The position numbers were made by a program, and so were the translations under genes. This document shows, piece by piece, positions 38,744 to 41,818 of a stretch of 41,818 nt of DNA; within the stretch, counting starts at the first letter, position 1; every line of letters begins with the position of its first letter. Below the pieces are notes generated by a model. That model had not been told where the DNA came from and ran no database searches. It saw nothing but the letters and a program-made list of their open reading frames with translations. The DNA comes from Octopus sinensis (lineage: Eukaryota): positions 1-41,818 of the forward strand of contig NW_021835258.1 in assembly GCF_006345805.1 (NCBI RefSeq), in the 5' to 3' direction.

Positions 38744-38972
38744 TACAAATCTTTATACACACATATATATATATATTGCATATATATATATTAATATATA
38801 TATATAACATATATATGTATATATATATATATATAATATATATATATATATTATATATATATATGCATATATTATATCACTTATACATACATATATGCAT
38901 CTTTTATACGCACGTACAAACTATATGTATATATATCCAAATACCACACACACACACACAATATATATATGT

Positions 38973-39011
<39 letters not shown>

Positions 39012-40259
39012 AATACATACACATACACACGCGCGCGCAATTAGGTTAGTGTGTGTCTGAGTATGTGTGGATGTTTATGTTAATGTAAGTTCTTGCTTTC
39101 ATGTAATGAATTAGAACATTTGTTATTGTTTTAAAATTTGTAAATATCCCATTCGATATAGTTTCTTTTATTTTTCTGTCTATATTAAATCATTTATCAG
39201 TGTTAAATAGCCATTTGAAATGTTGTAATCTACTAAACTTTCGAAAATTATATTCCAGTATGGCTGTAACTAGGAAAGGATAAAAACATTAAAATTCGTT
39301 AAATATCTACATATTTAAAATAGAGTTACCAAATATTTGCAGACGACGGATAAGTTAAAATCTTAATGCACTAAATTTATACAGAGATGGCCATATATTT
39401 TGTTAAAAGCTTGTAAAACTCGGAGAAAGAACTCTTTTTTATAATTATCTTCTCTTCAGCTACGTGTTTAATTAAAAATGTTGCAAGTATTGTAATTAAT
39501 TAAAGAAAAACAGCAATGAAATTAAACAACGATTTGTAAAACTCTAATACAAATATTCTGAGATAGTTAATGTTAATGACCGAATAGATTTTATGAGTAC
39601 TCAACGAAATTTACCACCGCTAAGGTTGTTCTGAGTAACGTGCAAGTAGGTAAATGGACACATGTTGGTTGCCTTTAATTCCATTCATGAATTTCCGGGT
39701 TGCGTCATTGTTGAGGCGTAACACGTCTGTGGAGTCTGTTGTTAGCAGTGCTGCGGAATTGGATTGAACTCGATATTGTAACACACACACACACACACAA
39801 CACACATGAATACATTTTAAATTATACATTTCACCACAGCCACAAACAAAAATCCGAATCAGACTCGAAAATGGGGCGCCCACACACTCTCATATTAAGG
39901 TAAAGCCCTTCTCTGACGAGACATCGACCAAATAGTTAGATTGGGGGGGGGGTGCAGGCTCTCTATCCACACTACTAGTTCAGGTTTATACCTGTAATTA
40001 TTGGAGCCCTGGGATATGTAACACACTGCCTAAATACCAATCTTGAGAATTGGGCTTCTCAGAACCAGAAAGAACGCAAGCCATCTCTGGAACTGTAAAA
40101 ATCCGGAAGCTTAAGTATATATGCGCATGTCTAGACAGGCAAATATACAGTGCGTGCGTTTATTTGGTAAAAATAAAAATAAAAAATTACCATCCCGAAC
40201 TATAAAATATCCGCTTCAATACACGATTTCACATCAGACATGTTACCAAAATTATGCAT

Positions 40260-40290
<31 letters not shown>

Positions 40291-40803
40291 TATATATATA
40301 ATAATTTGCCAACCAATATTAACGCAACCAAACTTCCAATAATATATTGTTTATTCTTTTCTGCCCATTTTTTCAAATATTCTCATCACACTGTGTACTT
40401 CTTTATGTCCTTAACATGTCCCTGTTACCAAAGACTGTTATATACATGTAATGTGGCAATTATGTAATTTTTTTTGAATTCATGATATTCTATGTTACTT
40501 GACAATCTTTTTCCAAAGAGTGAAACCGGTTAAGTAAATACCTCTTTTAAATTGCATTTTCAAACTTCTTTCGTATATAATTCCACTCGTGCGATACCAC
40601 CACAACTCAACTTTGTTATATATTATATATATATATATGGTGTGATGGTGTGTGGTGTGTGTTGGTGTGTGTGTATGTGTGTGTGTGTATAAATAAGAAA
40701 TAGTCAGACGCAGGTGTTGTTCAAATCATGGTAACTATTTAGTTTTCCTGTTATTCGTACACATTAAAGAATTATACATACTACATACATATTATATTAT
40801 ATC

Positions 40804-40834
<31 letters not shown>

Positions 40835-40902
40835 ATATGTATATATATATATGAGATATATATATATATATATGTATATATATAGTATATATATATATAT
40901 TA

Positions 40903-40941
<39 letters not shown>

Positions 40942-41206
40942 ATATATATACATATATAATGTCCATATGTATATATGCGTGTGTATATGCGTGTATATAT
41001 AGAGTTGTTAGTGTCTGTAAGTGTACTTGATAATGACCCCATTTATAACCGGCTTGTGTCAGGAAGTGTAACTTAGTGTTTTAATGGATGAAAGAAAGAA
41101 TATATATGTCGATAAAATACCTACCACTGAAAAATGAAATACTGGTGTCGATATTTTCGACTTAAATCCCTTCGAGATGGTTCCTTATTGATTCAATGTG
41201 TATGTG

Positions 41207-41253
<47 letters not shown>

Positions 41254-41361
41254 TGCACGACAGCCGCATTCATGTTGTTTGTTTTTGAAAGTTCCATTGT
41301 CGGCAGATGTATGTAGTCACAAAATTTTGTTGATAACACTAAAGTAATCGATATAATATCG

Positions 41362-41572
41362 GTTTTAAATTTTAGCACAAGGCGAGCTGTTTTGTGGGAG
41401 AGGTTAAGTGGATTACAGCGACCTCGGTGATTGGCGTTTACTTATTTTATCGGTCCTGATTTGACGAAAGGCCAAGTCGATCTCAGCGTAATTTAAACTC
41501 AGACGATAAACACGTTGAAATGCCTCTCAGCATTTTACCACAAATGCCAAGAATTCTCCCATCTCGCTGCCT
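41362..41572 (-). mobile_element. SINE family A-related, strongly diverged
   Basis: gaaaggccaagtcgatctcagcgtaatttaaactcaga...ctcgctgcc; a family B tail fragment follows at about 41600-41710. Confidence 0.65.
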
Positions 41573-41784
41573 TAGTCATTGGTATAGGATTATTTCATAT
41601 TCTTTTATTCTTTTACTTGCTTCAGTAATATGACTGCGACCATGCTGGGGCAAGATATATTCTTTGTAAGCCTCGTATTTATTCTATCGAACTATTGTGC
41701 CGAACCGCTTGAGTCGGAGACAAACACAGACCCAGAGATACTTACATTCATACATACATTACACACTCTCACACACGCGCACAC

Positions 41785-41818
<34 letters not shown>

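Noticed and set aside
39910-39942. CTGACGA hammerhead-like core
   Set aside because: It is followed by GACATCGAC-CAAA, with no GAAA box and no proper stem II.

Overview
AT-rich, microsatellite-saturated animal genomic DNA, intronic or intergenic. The repeat landscape suggests an octopus or other cephalopod; this is inference, not a database result. I see no convincing intact host gene, and nearly all listed ORFs are translations of (TA)n, (CA)n, (AAT)n or (GA)n tracts. The non-satellite sequence is mostly mobile-element debris: tRNA-derived SINEs of several families, CR1/L2-type LINE fragments (525-779, 37044-37390), two R4/Dong-type 3' ends sitting in (AAT)n, a Chapaev3-like transposase relic, a mariner relic, a non-autonomous Helitron and a fold-back MITE. 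The most striking structure is three mutually unrelated large palindromes (4811-4946, 23237-24227, 37599-38004). Each is embedded in (TA)n, carries a type-I hammerhead ribozyme motif in both arms and has a one-sided unique tail. This is the architecture expected of Penelope-like elements with inverted pseudo-LTRs. A fourth element (32095-32850) fuses a tRNA-like Pol III head to a degenerate hammerhead tail with a similar inverted end.
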